NCBI GenBank assembly: GCA_900617105.1
Contig: UYFQ01000112.1
Span: forward strand, 1-60,279
Direction of reading: 5' to 3'
Source: Hydrurus foetidus
Lineage: Eukaryota
DNA length: 60,279 nucleotides
In this document: positions 42,301 to 53,122 of the stretch, piece after piece
How positions within the stretch are numbered: position 1 is the first letter of the stretch
Layout: every line of letters begins with the position of its first letter
Made by a program: the position numbers and the translations under genes
Notes under the pieces: generated by a model
What the model saw: the letters and a program-made list of their open reading frames with translations, nothing else
What the model was told of the DNA's origin: nothing
The model's database searches: none

Positions 42301-45300
42301 TTCTTCTCCTTCTCCTTCTCCTTCCAATAGAGCATCTCCACTTATCATGTCATCCACAACACCTCCTCCCTCTTCCTTTCCTTCTTCTCCCTTCTCTTCC
42401 TCTTCCACTCCCTCTTCTTCCTCGTCCTCTATATGGCCAACAATAGCACTAGCTCATTTTTATTTGTACGTACGTGGCGACGCACGTACCTCCATACAAT
42501 TGCTAAAAAGAACAATTGAATTAAGAAATAAAGCAGACATGCGTAATTTACCAAAATTTTCAAATACTGAAAAACTTCAAATTATAAATTCCAAAAGTTT
42601 AAAACACGCCAAGATTTTGCTCATGAAAAAAAATTGCACTTTAAATAGAAATAATGATAATAACTATAATCGTGGGAATAAGTATAGCGAATTCTCGAAT
42701 GGTGATGATATTGACGATTTGGATTCTTCCGATGAGAACATTCCAGACTTGACCCAAAGTCACATTCACATTCCAGATAATAGTCCAAGATCCATAGAGG
42801 ATTATGAAAGGTGAGGAGTACAAAGCAACTTGATAATTGTTCCGTGGTGTAATTTTCAATAATATTAGATAGTAAATGTTACGTCAGATTCAAGTCTGTT
42901 TTGCATCAAGAAATATAACATTTTGTTGATTTATTTGATGATATTTCATGTGACTTTATATGTCTATTGAAATGTATAAACAATTCGATATTTTCTATAC
43001 CATTCAATATGAAATACAGATTCTTTTGTTTCCACCTGTATCTAGTACCTTGTGAATGACTCACACATTACCTTCAATGAAATGCAGCCACTTCACAATC
43101 CACAAAAAAAGCGTCACAATCCAATTGATTGGTCTATTGCCCAAGTGTAACTCAATGTAGTTGCCAAATTGAATCAAAATGAATTGAATTGAATTGAATT
43201 GAATTGAATTGAATTGAATTGAATTGAATTGAATTGGATTGAATTGAATTGAATTGAATTGAATTGAATTGAATTGAATTGAATTGAATTGAATTAAATT
43301 AAATAAAAATAAAATAAATTGAAATAAAATAAATGGCATAAAATCAAATCACACAGGAACAATGAGGACGTTGCACTGCACACACTCCTCTCCTTCTCGT
43401 TCCTCCAAATAGATGACGTGATATCTGCCAGTACCCACTGCAAACGGGCTTTAGACTTTGACCCCTTCTCCTCTCCTGCCCACAGATGCTCTGCATACAT
43501 TGCTCTGAGAATGTACGTACAGAGAGAAACGATATTTTTGTGTGATTATTATTGTTTCCTGCAGTGTGTAATAGTGCAAGATAAACATCTTTAAGCATTG
43601 AAACGTAATTAGAGTGCGACAATTAAGTGATAGAGTAGAAGATGATATGACATCATGTGCCATGATGCAACAACATAAGTCACATATTGTGATTTAATAC
43701 ATGGCAATATTTCTTGACATGGCATTGCACGCAATAGGACAAAATGATTTAACAAATTAATTCAACATAACTACTGCTATCACAGACAACAAACAAAAAG
43801 TACAGCACAAGCACTCGAAGAAAAAGCCCGTCTACCCCCGGGCATTATGTTAAGTGGGGAGGTCGTATCCATGATACTTCCCTTGTCCCTTGCTTTCAGG
43901 TGACATTTCATTTACACTTGATTTATCAATTTTACACCGTTTCTAATGGAGATTCTATTTTTTTTAAAGTTCATGTTTCGAATCGGAGTAATTTATCGAG
44001 AGTTATTTTCCGCTATGAAGTACTGTATTGTATTACATTATATTGTATTATATTGTGTTGTGTTGTGTTGTATTGTATTGTATTGTATTGTATTGTATTG
44101 TATTGTATTGTATTGTATTGTATTGTATTGTATTGTATTGTATTGTATTGTATCGTATCGTATTGTATTGCATTGTGTATTGTGTTGTATTGCATCGTAT
44201 TGCATTGTGTTGTGTTGTGTTGTGTTGTGTTGTGTTGTGTTGTGTTGTGTTGTGTTGTGTTGTGTTGTGTTGTGTTGTGTTTGTATTTGTGTTGTGTTGT
44301 ATTGTGTGTTGTGTTGTATTGTGTTGTATTGTGTTGTGTTGTGTTGTGTTGTGTTGTGTTGTGTTGTGTTGTGTTGTGTTGTGTTGTGTTGTGTTGTGTT
44401 GTGTGGTATTGCGTCGTATTGTATTGTGTTGTATTGCATTGTGTATTGTGTTGTGTTGTGTTGTATTGTATTGTGTTGTGTTGTATTGTGTTGTGTTGTG
44501 TTGTGTTGTGTTGTATTGTATTGTATTGTACTGTATAGCGTAGGATGTGAGTATGAGAATGATAAGTAAGGATTTCAAAGTCATTCTTGATATTGATACA
44601 TTTTTGTGTTTTTTCAATCGATAATATCGCACAATTCATTAAATTGTTTCGCATGGTGCCTCCCACTATCGCGCACACTTGAATCGTTTCATATTTTTAC
44701 TGTGCCCACCTAACACACTTGTTCCTCCTGTTATAATGTTCCTCTCTCAGACATGCACATGGCAGTCCGTACACTTTGAGATGCTGCGCGGTACGTACGT
44801 TAAAGAGTACGTGCGAGTCTGCAAACAATCTTTCAATTAGAGCGGTGCATTAAAGAATATTTAATCAATATCGTTCTCATATTTTATTCTTTCTTTCGAT
44901 ACATTTTCACTTCACATGGTTGTGATCTATCGCCAACGTGCTTGATTCCCTAGAACATGTAGAAGTCGCGGCAATGATCAGGAACATACACTTCACTTTA
45001 CTACCATAGCATGCAGTGTTGCAATTTGGATGATAGTGGGAAATGGAAAATAGGCGAGGAATAGAAGACAGTTCTACTCAATGGGAATACGGAATACGGA
45101 ATAAGGAACAAGCAATCGTTTACTGCCACCCATTTCTTTTCGTCTTATCTTCATCTTACCTATGCGTTTGTTTTCTCAATGCATTTTTCTCTGTAGGCTT
45201 TTTCTCTGTTGAGAGGGAGGCACGTTGAAGCGTTGAAGATATTCAGAGCAGCGGACAGCGGCACAGCGCACGCACTCACCCTTAGAGCATTAGGTGCGGT

Positions 45301-47846
45301 ATCGTCTTCACTACTCTTATTCTCATTCTTCTCACTCTCTTTGTCTTTCTCTTTGTCTTTCTATTTCTATTTCTCTTTATATTTATATTAAGCATAGTTA
45401 TTTATTGCCCTTAAATCTATTGCCAATTTTTTACTACTCCCCCTCATATTTTTTATTTCCCTTTTCTTTCTTTTGATTTCCCTCTCTTCGCCCAGTGGGT
45501 TTTACTACCATTTTAAATTTCCAACTGCTTCACTCTATTTTTACATCACCTATTTTCCTCTTCTCTTCTCTTCTCTTCTCTTCTCTTCTCTTCTCTTCTC
45601 TTCTCTTCTCTTCTCTTCTCTTCTCTTCTCCATCTTTCCCCTTGCCTTCCTTCTCTTCGATTGAATTTCTGTGGCTCACTCTCTCGTGTATGAAAGAACT
45701 CTGCTCCCCTCTACTCTCCTCTGCTCCCTGTCCTATCGAATCACACTCCTTCGCACCGCACACTATTGCACACTACTTACATCCTTTCATTCCACTTACT
45801 CCTTCCTATCGACAAAAGTCTCACTTATCTAATCCTGTTCTAAAGTCTTTCAAAGTCTTCATTGTGAGGTCATCGATCTACAGCAGCAACTCTCTGTGCA
45901 TCATGTCATTGCCATAGAACTCGTCTAGCCACCCCGTCTAATGCTATTCCACTTCACTCCTCCCTCGACTCAACATCACGTTATCGCATAGCGAAGTGTA
46001 TCATACCATACCATACCATACGATACCATGCCTTGTTATCTGGTCCCATCCCACCACTCACGACCCACTCACCTCCACGTCAATGCTGCGAACATTCTCT
46101 TTAGGGCTGACTACATATCTATACGGTCAAGGCACTGCGACAGAAAAAACAAATCAAGCGATCGGATACCTCAGTCGCTGCCTCAAGCTGACTCCTCTAA
46201 ACTCTTCTGTCGATATCGATGCCTCTTTGTTGCTGGCGCAGATTTATGTAGAAGTGAGGAATTTCTCTGCGGCAAGAATGGTGCTCCAAATTGCTCTCAA
46301 AGGATCTCCAGATTGCCCTCTCCTGCTAGCTAGCCTAGCAGCAGCGGTTAGCGGCTTACGACTCATGTATGATGAACCGTATGGCGATCCTGATGAGGCG
46401 TACCGATCTCGCATTTTGTCATTGTCGAGTATTGAGGAGATTCTGGAATGGACGGATCCAGAGTCCCTCTTCTTTGCAGCGACTAATCCGCAATTGTTAC
46501 ATGAGGTGCGTATGAAAACCGAAGTAAAAGAGAGAGAAAAAGAGAAGGGGAGTTTGAAAAATGGTTATTCTGAGAGTATAGAGAATGTTCCTAGGAACTG
46601 TGCTACATTAAAATCAAGTATAAACGTTTACGCGGAACAGCGAAGAGATAACAAGAATCTGAATGATATCGAAAACAAAATTGGTGATGCGAATAGCAAT
46701 TTAAATGAATTCAAAAATTGTGGAAAATTCGTATCTCCAGATGTTTTTTACGGATTTGGAATTTACCTTCTTAATAAAGGGAAAAGAAAATTATTGGTTG
46801 AAGCCAGAAAACTTTTTACTGAAGCTGTTCGTGTATCTGTCAGTGCGATGCCTCTTGTTTCGAATGGGTGCGGGGTGAGCAGAAACGAAAATACCGAAGT
46901 AGATTGTAATAAAAATGATAGAGATAAGAATAAGAATGAAAATAAAAAAAGAAACAAAGATGTCAACACAAGTAATACTGAAAGTGAGAATGGGAGTGCA
47001 TTACCGTACAGCACACCGCACGCCCTGTCCGTTCACATGTTAGGATTTATTGCGGAAATAGAAGGAGATTTGAGGACTGCTGAAAACCTTTATTCTCACG
47101 CACTTCAAATCGATTTGAAAAAAGAACCCATACAGTACGTACAACTTCGAGGAATCGTACGTGACACTGCAAGTAACACAAGTACATATTTGACGAAGAT
47201 TTTGGAATCAAACAAAGTTGGTAAAGAAGGCAAAGTAGAGAAAAAGAAAAAGATCAAGAAAAAAAAAGATTCAACGAATAATTCATATCAAAATTTGGTG
47301 GAAAAATTTGGTGCCGGAAAAGGAGATGATCGGGAAATAATACCACGATTAGAACTACGGAATTTGCTTCATAACCGTGTATTGCGTTTACTTGAAATTC
47401 AAGATGTAGGTATGAAAGAATACATGGAGGGAATGGAGAGGTGCGGTACTTGCATTTCCATTGAAATGAATTGGAAAGAAAATTTGTTTTATTCTTTTTC
47501 TGATTGTGATGACTGGTCTTGGATGTTAAAAACAGGAATGATAAAACAAAAATTAAAAAGAAATGAAATACGACTAAAAAAGGAAGTAATAACAAATACA
47601 AAACAAATCGGCAAAATAAAAATTGATGAAAAGAGTAATTCTGGACGTAGAACATGTTCAGATTCTGCCAGTAGATTATCGAAAACGTCGTCAAATTTAT
47701 CAGATCCCCAAGGACTTGTTTCTTTATCTCCGTATAATTCATTAATAGTGAAGTCCGACAAGAAATCGAGAAGTGCAATATCCGACAATAGTGACAGGAA
47801 AGATGTCAATGGACATCATCTGTCCGCACAGCACCTATGGAAATAA
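30139..47846 (+). CDS. Very large multi-exon gene: two N-terminal WW domains, low-complexity region, TPR-like helical repeats (may be two genes)
   Basis: WDRYIDEETGFPYIVNTVSGESKW and WVEVTDNDENVYFYNR|ETEESSW; long ORFs 30627-32141, 32684-33700, 35457-36299, 42197-42814, 45996-47846; TPR-like AIGYLSRCLKL, LGFIAEIEGDLRTAENLYSHAL; GT-AG-flanked small exons in between. Confidence 0.55.
39119..39438 (+). repeat. (ACAT)n microsatellite, intronic
   Basis: Directly visible. Confidence 0.97.
39670..39871 (+). repeat. (GTGTA)n pentamer microsatellite, intronic
   Basis: Directly visible, partly degenerate. Confidence 0.95.
40521..40651 (+). repeat. (CATAC)n pentamer microsatellite, intronic
   Basis: Directly visible. 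Confidence 0.95.
41260..41337 (+). repeat. (CTTAC)n pentamer microsatellite, intronic
   Basis: Directly visible. Confidence 0.95.
41547..41851 (+). repeat. (GTGTT)n/(GTGGT)n compound pentamer microsatellite
   Basis: Directly visible; begins just after a GTACGT donor-like site. Confidence 0.95.
43181..43294 (+). repeat. (GAATT)n pentamer microsatellite
   Basis: Directly visible. Confidence 0.95.
44024..44530 (+). repeat. (TATTG)n/(TGTTG)n compound pentamer microsatellite
   Basis: Directly visible. Confidence 0.95.
45558..45629 (+). repeat. (CTTCT)n pentamer microsatellite
   Basis: Directly visible. Confidence 0.95.
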
Positions 47847-48851
47847 AGTTTAAAACATGATAGAAAGAAGTATAGAAATCGTATTCCATGCGAAGTTATT
47901 TTCACATTACCATTCTGAATATTGATGATAATTAGTTGCTTAATTATTCAATTCTGTTAATTGTTTTCCAGTCGTTAGCTTTTTTAAAAATAAAGGAATA
48001 AAATTGGGTAGTAATATTTTGAAGGAACAGAATTGTTTAATTTAAGAATTAGCTGATTGGTGACTTCTTAACTTTTACTGAAACTATTTACTGACTGACT
48101 TCACACCGAATTTGAAATCAATTGCTATACAGCTTATGACAGATTTCTTTGTATCAAAATTGAGCTGTATAGCTTGAGGTTCAAAATGATTTGCCCGGCA
48201 GTTTTGTGCGATTGGATTATTCATCCTGAAATCTCTGACGCTGAATGCGACACTAAAAGTTAGAGTCAAGGAAGTTAAAGCGAAACTACGTTCTCGACAT
48301 CGGCTTGTATTGATGAATTCAATTATATTGGATTAAATTTGAGTTCACTTAGTAAAGCAGTGCAATGCTTATTGATGGAAAAATGAGAGAAGCAGATTCT
48401 TTAAAGTTCTTTTACTTACAACAAATTCAAATCCGTGAAAATTCTGACAACGTAAGCCTATTTTCCTCGTCATGTAATCCGTACAAATCCCAACCACCAT
48501 CTAATTTGTGGTGACAATCATCATATTCCACAATTGAATAATTACTTGACCTACGCAGAAACTTTCAAAAAGAGCGTTTTATTGTCCAATCCTACAGCTA
48601 ATTAAACTACACTCATACAGTTCCTATCAAACTGTATTATTTTCCGAACTTATCGTCTGAATACTTCACGATTATCAAACTATACTTATACAGTTGTAAT
48701 AAAACGGTAGAAATTCCATACTCATTTATTTTTATGTAAAACTATTCAACAGATTATTTCATTTTCACTTTTTGACTATTTTGCGATTTCATAATATTGT
48801 TTTTTTAAATATTCTATGATTTTGCTTTTTTATTTTTGACATTTTGTTATT

Positions 48852-51800
48852 TTACGATTTGACATAATGCTTCTTTTTGACATTTTTATTGCTTATTGCA
48901 TCTAATACATTCTTTATGTCATTGTGATCAGTGCTAGGTTGTTTTGTATTTTTAGCTTTTTGTTGTACTTGACTAATAAAATCGTTTTCATTTTGTTTAA
49001 ATTCATTAAGTCTCAAGTCGTACTGATTTCCGTCTGATAAAATTACTGCCTGCGCAGCAGCCACTTGGTCGTGCATGGTTCGTATGGATGCGTAGTGTGG
49101 GTCATTTTTAGATTCTGGACGTTTTAGAAACATTCCCCAAAGAGCCGTGAATCGTAAGGCACACCACTCCTTGCCACTGCACATGTAAATCAGAAAATAG
49201 ATTCATGTCAAATAAATAATTATGACAAAAAGAAATGGATCAATAATTAAGAAAATAAGCGAAGAAAAACATAGTAAAACATTGTGAATGATAAATACAT
49301 TAAATACGGAAATGCTTTTCGCAATGTATAATAAAACGTAGTTATAAAATTCTGATGACATTTTTTTGTATCAATAAATTTAAGATGTTTCAAAACATCG
49401 TTAAGTTCATTTTGGGAACAACATTCTCATGCAGATAAAAATGGATTGAAGTAAGAGATATTCAATGAACAAACAATAACAAGTCACAGTAATTCAAAAC
49501 ACCCTGACAGACTCAGTGACATAAAAATGAAAAATGATTATAGTAGGAAAGTCTCACTTTTCAGTCGGCCACCCCATGGCCGTTTGAATGTTAAAAATGT
49601 CGGATGTAACATTTGGTAAAGATAAAATTGTTTTCACTTGTTGAGCCGCTTGGGCATGAGCTGTAAAAGGAAAAAAAAACGGATTATTGATGTATTTCTT
49701 GTATGTGATATCAATAAATTCAATTTTCTTATGTCGTCATTGTGTGTGTTTGATCAAATAGCTAAACAATAATAATAAAAAGAAAAGCAATAAAATAAAA
49801 TCAGAGAGAAGACAAAATATCATAATGAAACTCTTTTCTGTGAAGATATGATTTAACATCAGAAGAACCATGATGTCATATGAAGTAAACAAATAATCAA
49901 ACAAATATACAAAAGATTCAGAAATAGATGAAAGGAAATAGATTGAATCACGTGAATAAAAAATTTCTCCCGATATTTCACATAAAATCAAAAACAAAAA
50001 TCAGCACAGAATAATCTGAATAATCACCTAATCCTGCATTTTTCAGCATCATTAAATTCGGGTCATCCTTTTCAAGGTACAGAGAACTTTCTTGCCAATA
50101 CAGCGCGTCAACTAAAGGTTGAGAATCGGTTGCTGCTACGAGTATCGCTTTTTCGAGAAAATAAGAGGCGGTATCTGTTTGTGCGACATAGACACAAGTT
50201 GTAAAATAAATAAAAGTTATTTTAAAAGTAATGTGGGATAAGAAAATCGGTAATAACAATGAAAACAACTAGAAGATAGTGGGATTGTTTTTTTACTAGA
50301 TTTCGCTTGCTAATGCAGATCTCATATAGACGTATTACAACTAAAATTAAAAAATAAATATCACAATAGATCGTTATTAAAGAAAACCAATATTATAATG
50401 GTAGTAAATAAGAATAAGAACGAATCTGATCCTACCTGCGACTCTATCTTTAAAATCCCTGCCTATGGTCCACTCCCATGTACGCTCCGAATATTTGTCC
50501 CTAAAGGGCAAAAGCGCATCAATTCCACCGATTCCACCCAAGATCCTCTTCCAATCACGTACTAAATTATCACCGTACGTACGTGCATTTGAAGTTTCAT
50601 TTTTCAATATAATTTTTGAAGCTAATCCTACAGGCTCAAAAGCGTAAGTACTGAAAAAGGATGTTTCTGCTGGATTTACGATTCCTGTTATGTATATATC
50701 TTTTCTTGGATTGGATTGTAAAAAATCATATAAATTATAAAATGGTAATTTTATTCCTGATGATTTTTTGCTACTTTCTATTTTTTGTAAGTTTTTTTGT
50801 CCTAATTCGTCAAGGAAAGGATTATATAGGAGACCGGGAAAATTTAAATTTGGGTAATGTTTTTGTTTGTGTTGAAACCAATCATAAGACATCAGTGCCA
50901 AATTGATCGATGTTATATCTGTTCTGTATTTTTCACATTGTTGCAGGTAACGAATTGAAGTCCATTGCATATCGTAATTTAGTAGAATAGTCGCATCTTT
51001 TGGTAAACCATCTAATATCGCCTTTGCATAACTCGGAAAATAAATAGATTCACTCTGATCACTTACATAGTAATGTTTTCTCATTTGATAAATAATTAAT
51101 AACGCACCAAATATATGTCCCCCTATTGGCAAACATCTCTTAACTATTTTTTTGTATTTTTCAGCAGTATTTGTATTTTCATTTGCCGTTGCGATAATAT
51201 TCGGTTGCTTATTTTTTTTCGTTTTAATTTTATTTTGTATTTTTTTAGAGACACTTTGATCTGTCTCTACCAGAAACATAGAGTCTACTACTATATTTTC
51301 GTGCATATAATTTCTCATTGCAAACTCAATAATATGTCCTATGATAATGCATAATGAAGTAAGAAGCAAATCATACCCCACACCACCAAATACAAAAATC
51401 AGAACATTCGGTTGAATCCAGAATCGTTGGTGTACTCCATACAACAATTTATTAGAAAGACGTATATTGGACAGTGAATGAAATACTGCAAAGTAGAATA
51501 TAAATGTCAGTATTATTATTAGAGGGGTGTAGCGTGATTCGATGTCACACACTCTGTTCTGAAAAGAATATTGAGAACATTCTTCATTTATTTCAGAGTC
51601 AGAGAACTTTCCTTTTGAATCTGTTGATTTCTTCGTTATTTTCGCCTTATTTTTTTCATTTGTATTTAAGTCTTCGGTTTTTAGTAGTGCAATAATTGCT
51701 TCTTGAACACTGTCACTTCGATGAGTTTTCATATTCTGATGAGCTGTAAAAGAAAAGACCAAAATATACAAGAAGCTAATCACCGCAAGATATGGTATGA

Positions 51801-52683
51801 TACACAATCCTTGAACTTCTGTGATGTCCTTCCAGTATGCGTCATTTCTCTCTGAAAGTCCCTCAGAATATCCATTGTTTGCACCAGAGAATAATTGGAA
51901 TGTTCCGTAATCTTTCCTAATAAAATGATTGATAAACCCAGAAAAAGTTTTCACATCACCCCAACCTCCTCCGTTTGGGCTCACTGTCGCAGCGAGTGGG
52001 AGATAGATGTACGGCAGTAGACCTATCAAGAAAGCTCGCACGAGTCTGATCAATACTGCGGAGTCATGCAGAATATTGGTGCGTAGCAGAAAAAGCATCC
52101 ACAGAATACAAGGAATTTCGAAAAGAACTATTGTATGCTGATTGCAGATAGCTAGTCCGCATATAAATGCTCCAGTGACAGCGATACTTTCCTTTTTCTC
52201 AATGGCGAATTTAGTGCAGAGAAAAATGATAACGGCTGAGAACATAGTATTCATAGGGAAAACCTCCGTCGTGACGGCGTACTGCCATACCAATGGCGAA
52301 AAAGAGAATAGTCCAAGAGCGAGTAGATGACCACCTCCTTTGATATCGTCAACGCAGTGGTCCAAATTGAGGAGTTTCTTGATGTTTACAGCTATGGCTG
52401 ATATGTAAGTTGCAGCGATAACAGAGAAAATAGATGATGACGCATTTACTCGTGAAATTACACTTGCCCCTGGAAGGAAGTTGATATTCTTCAGAAGAAA
52501 AACTAGGATCGTAAGCAGAGGATATCCTGGGGGATGACTCGTCCCAAGGATACAACCTTCTGCGATTAGCTCCCCACTGTCCCCACCTGCTATGGATGGA
52601 GATAACGTCGCAAAATAAACTCCTAACACGACCACAGATGCGGCTGCGCGCAGCACGTGATGAGGTTTCATGCTGAGGGGCAT
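48852..52683 (-). CDS. TMEM260: TMEM260 (DUF2723) GT-C fold protein O-mannosyltransferase-like membrane protein; multi-exon
   Basis: PSIAGGDSGELI..GTSHPPGYPL, FSPLVWQYA..EVF, NQHT, GLLPYIYLP, WGD..F..HF.RKDYGTFQL, RFWIQP; large first exon followed by small exons ending at 48852. Confidence 0.9.
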
Positions 52684-52799
52684 ACTCGGTAATATTTGAG
52701 TGTATGCGCGTCTCACTGGCTACTGGCTACTGGCTACCGCAAGAGGAGTTTCAGTGCGCGCCAATGCGAACCCAGAACCCCTCGGTGTGTGCCACACAG

Positions 52800-53097
52800 T
52801 GTTGAATATATCTGAGTATATGGCACGTACACAATGCGTGTACTTATGATTACATACAAGCGTACGGTCGAGTACGTGTGCGTACGTCGATTGGATCTGC
52901 GAGGGCTGCGAGTGCAACTGTAGTCTAGGATCGTATGTATTTGGATGGACTCGTGACTTATTCGTCGATAAGCACAGTCTAATTAACAAGTGACGACTGA
53001 TACGATAGATCTTATATCACGAGCATTGACAATCCCGAACTCACGCCGCTGTGCTCACAGTACTCCCGTCGGCCACCAGACCTCGGATTCGTCAACA
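52800..53097 (+). repeat. 5' LTR of Copia-2 (298 bp, TGTTGA...TCAACA)
   Basis: 6-bp terminal inverted repeat; direct repeat of 57663-57934. Confidence 0.93.
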
Positions 53098-53109
53098 TAA
53101 TTAGACTGT
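53098..53109 (+). other. Primer-binding site of Copia-2 (TAATTAGACTGT), non-tRNA type, complementary to its own LTR
   Basis: Abuts TCAACA; exact reverse complement of 52974-52985 (ACAGTCTAATTA). Confidence 0.8.
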
Positions 53110-53122
53110 CTCGGCATTTGAG

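Noticed and set aside
39031..44678. ORFs such as (HTYI)n, (CCVVL)n and (HNTTQ)n
   Set aside because: These are translations of microsatellites, not proteins.
52720..52989. Duplicated 86-89 aa ORFs (also 57592-57852; likewise 1253-1486 versus the start of 6573-7109)
   Set aside because: They are the same LTR sequence translated twice; there is no evidence of coding.
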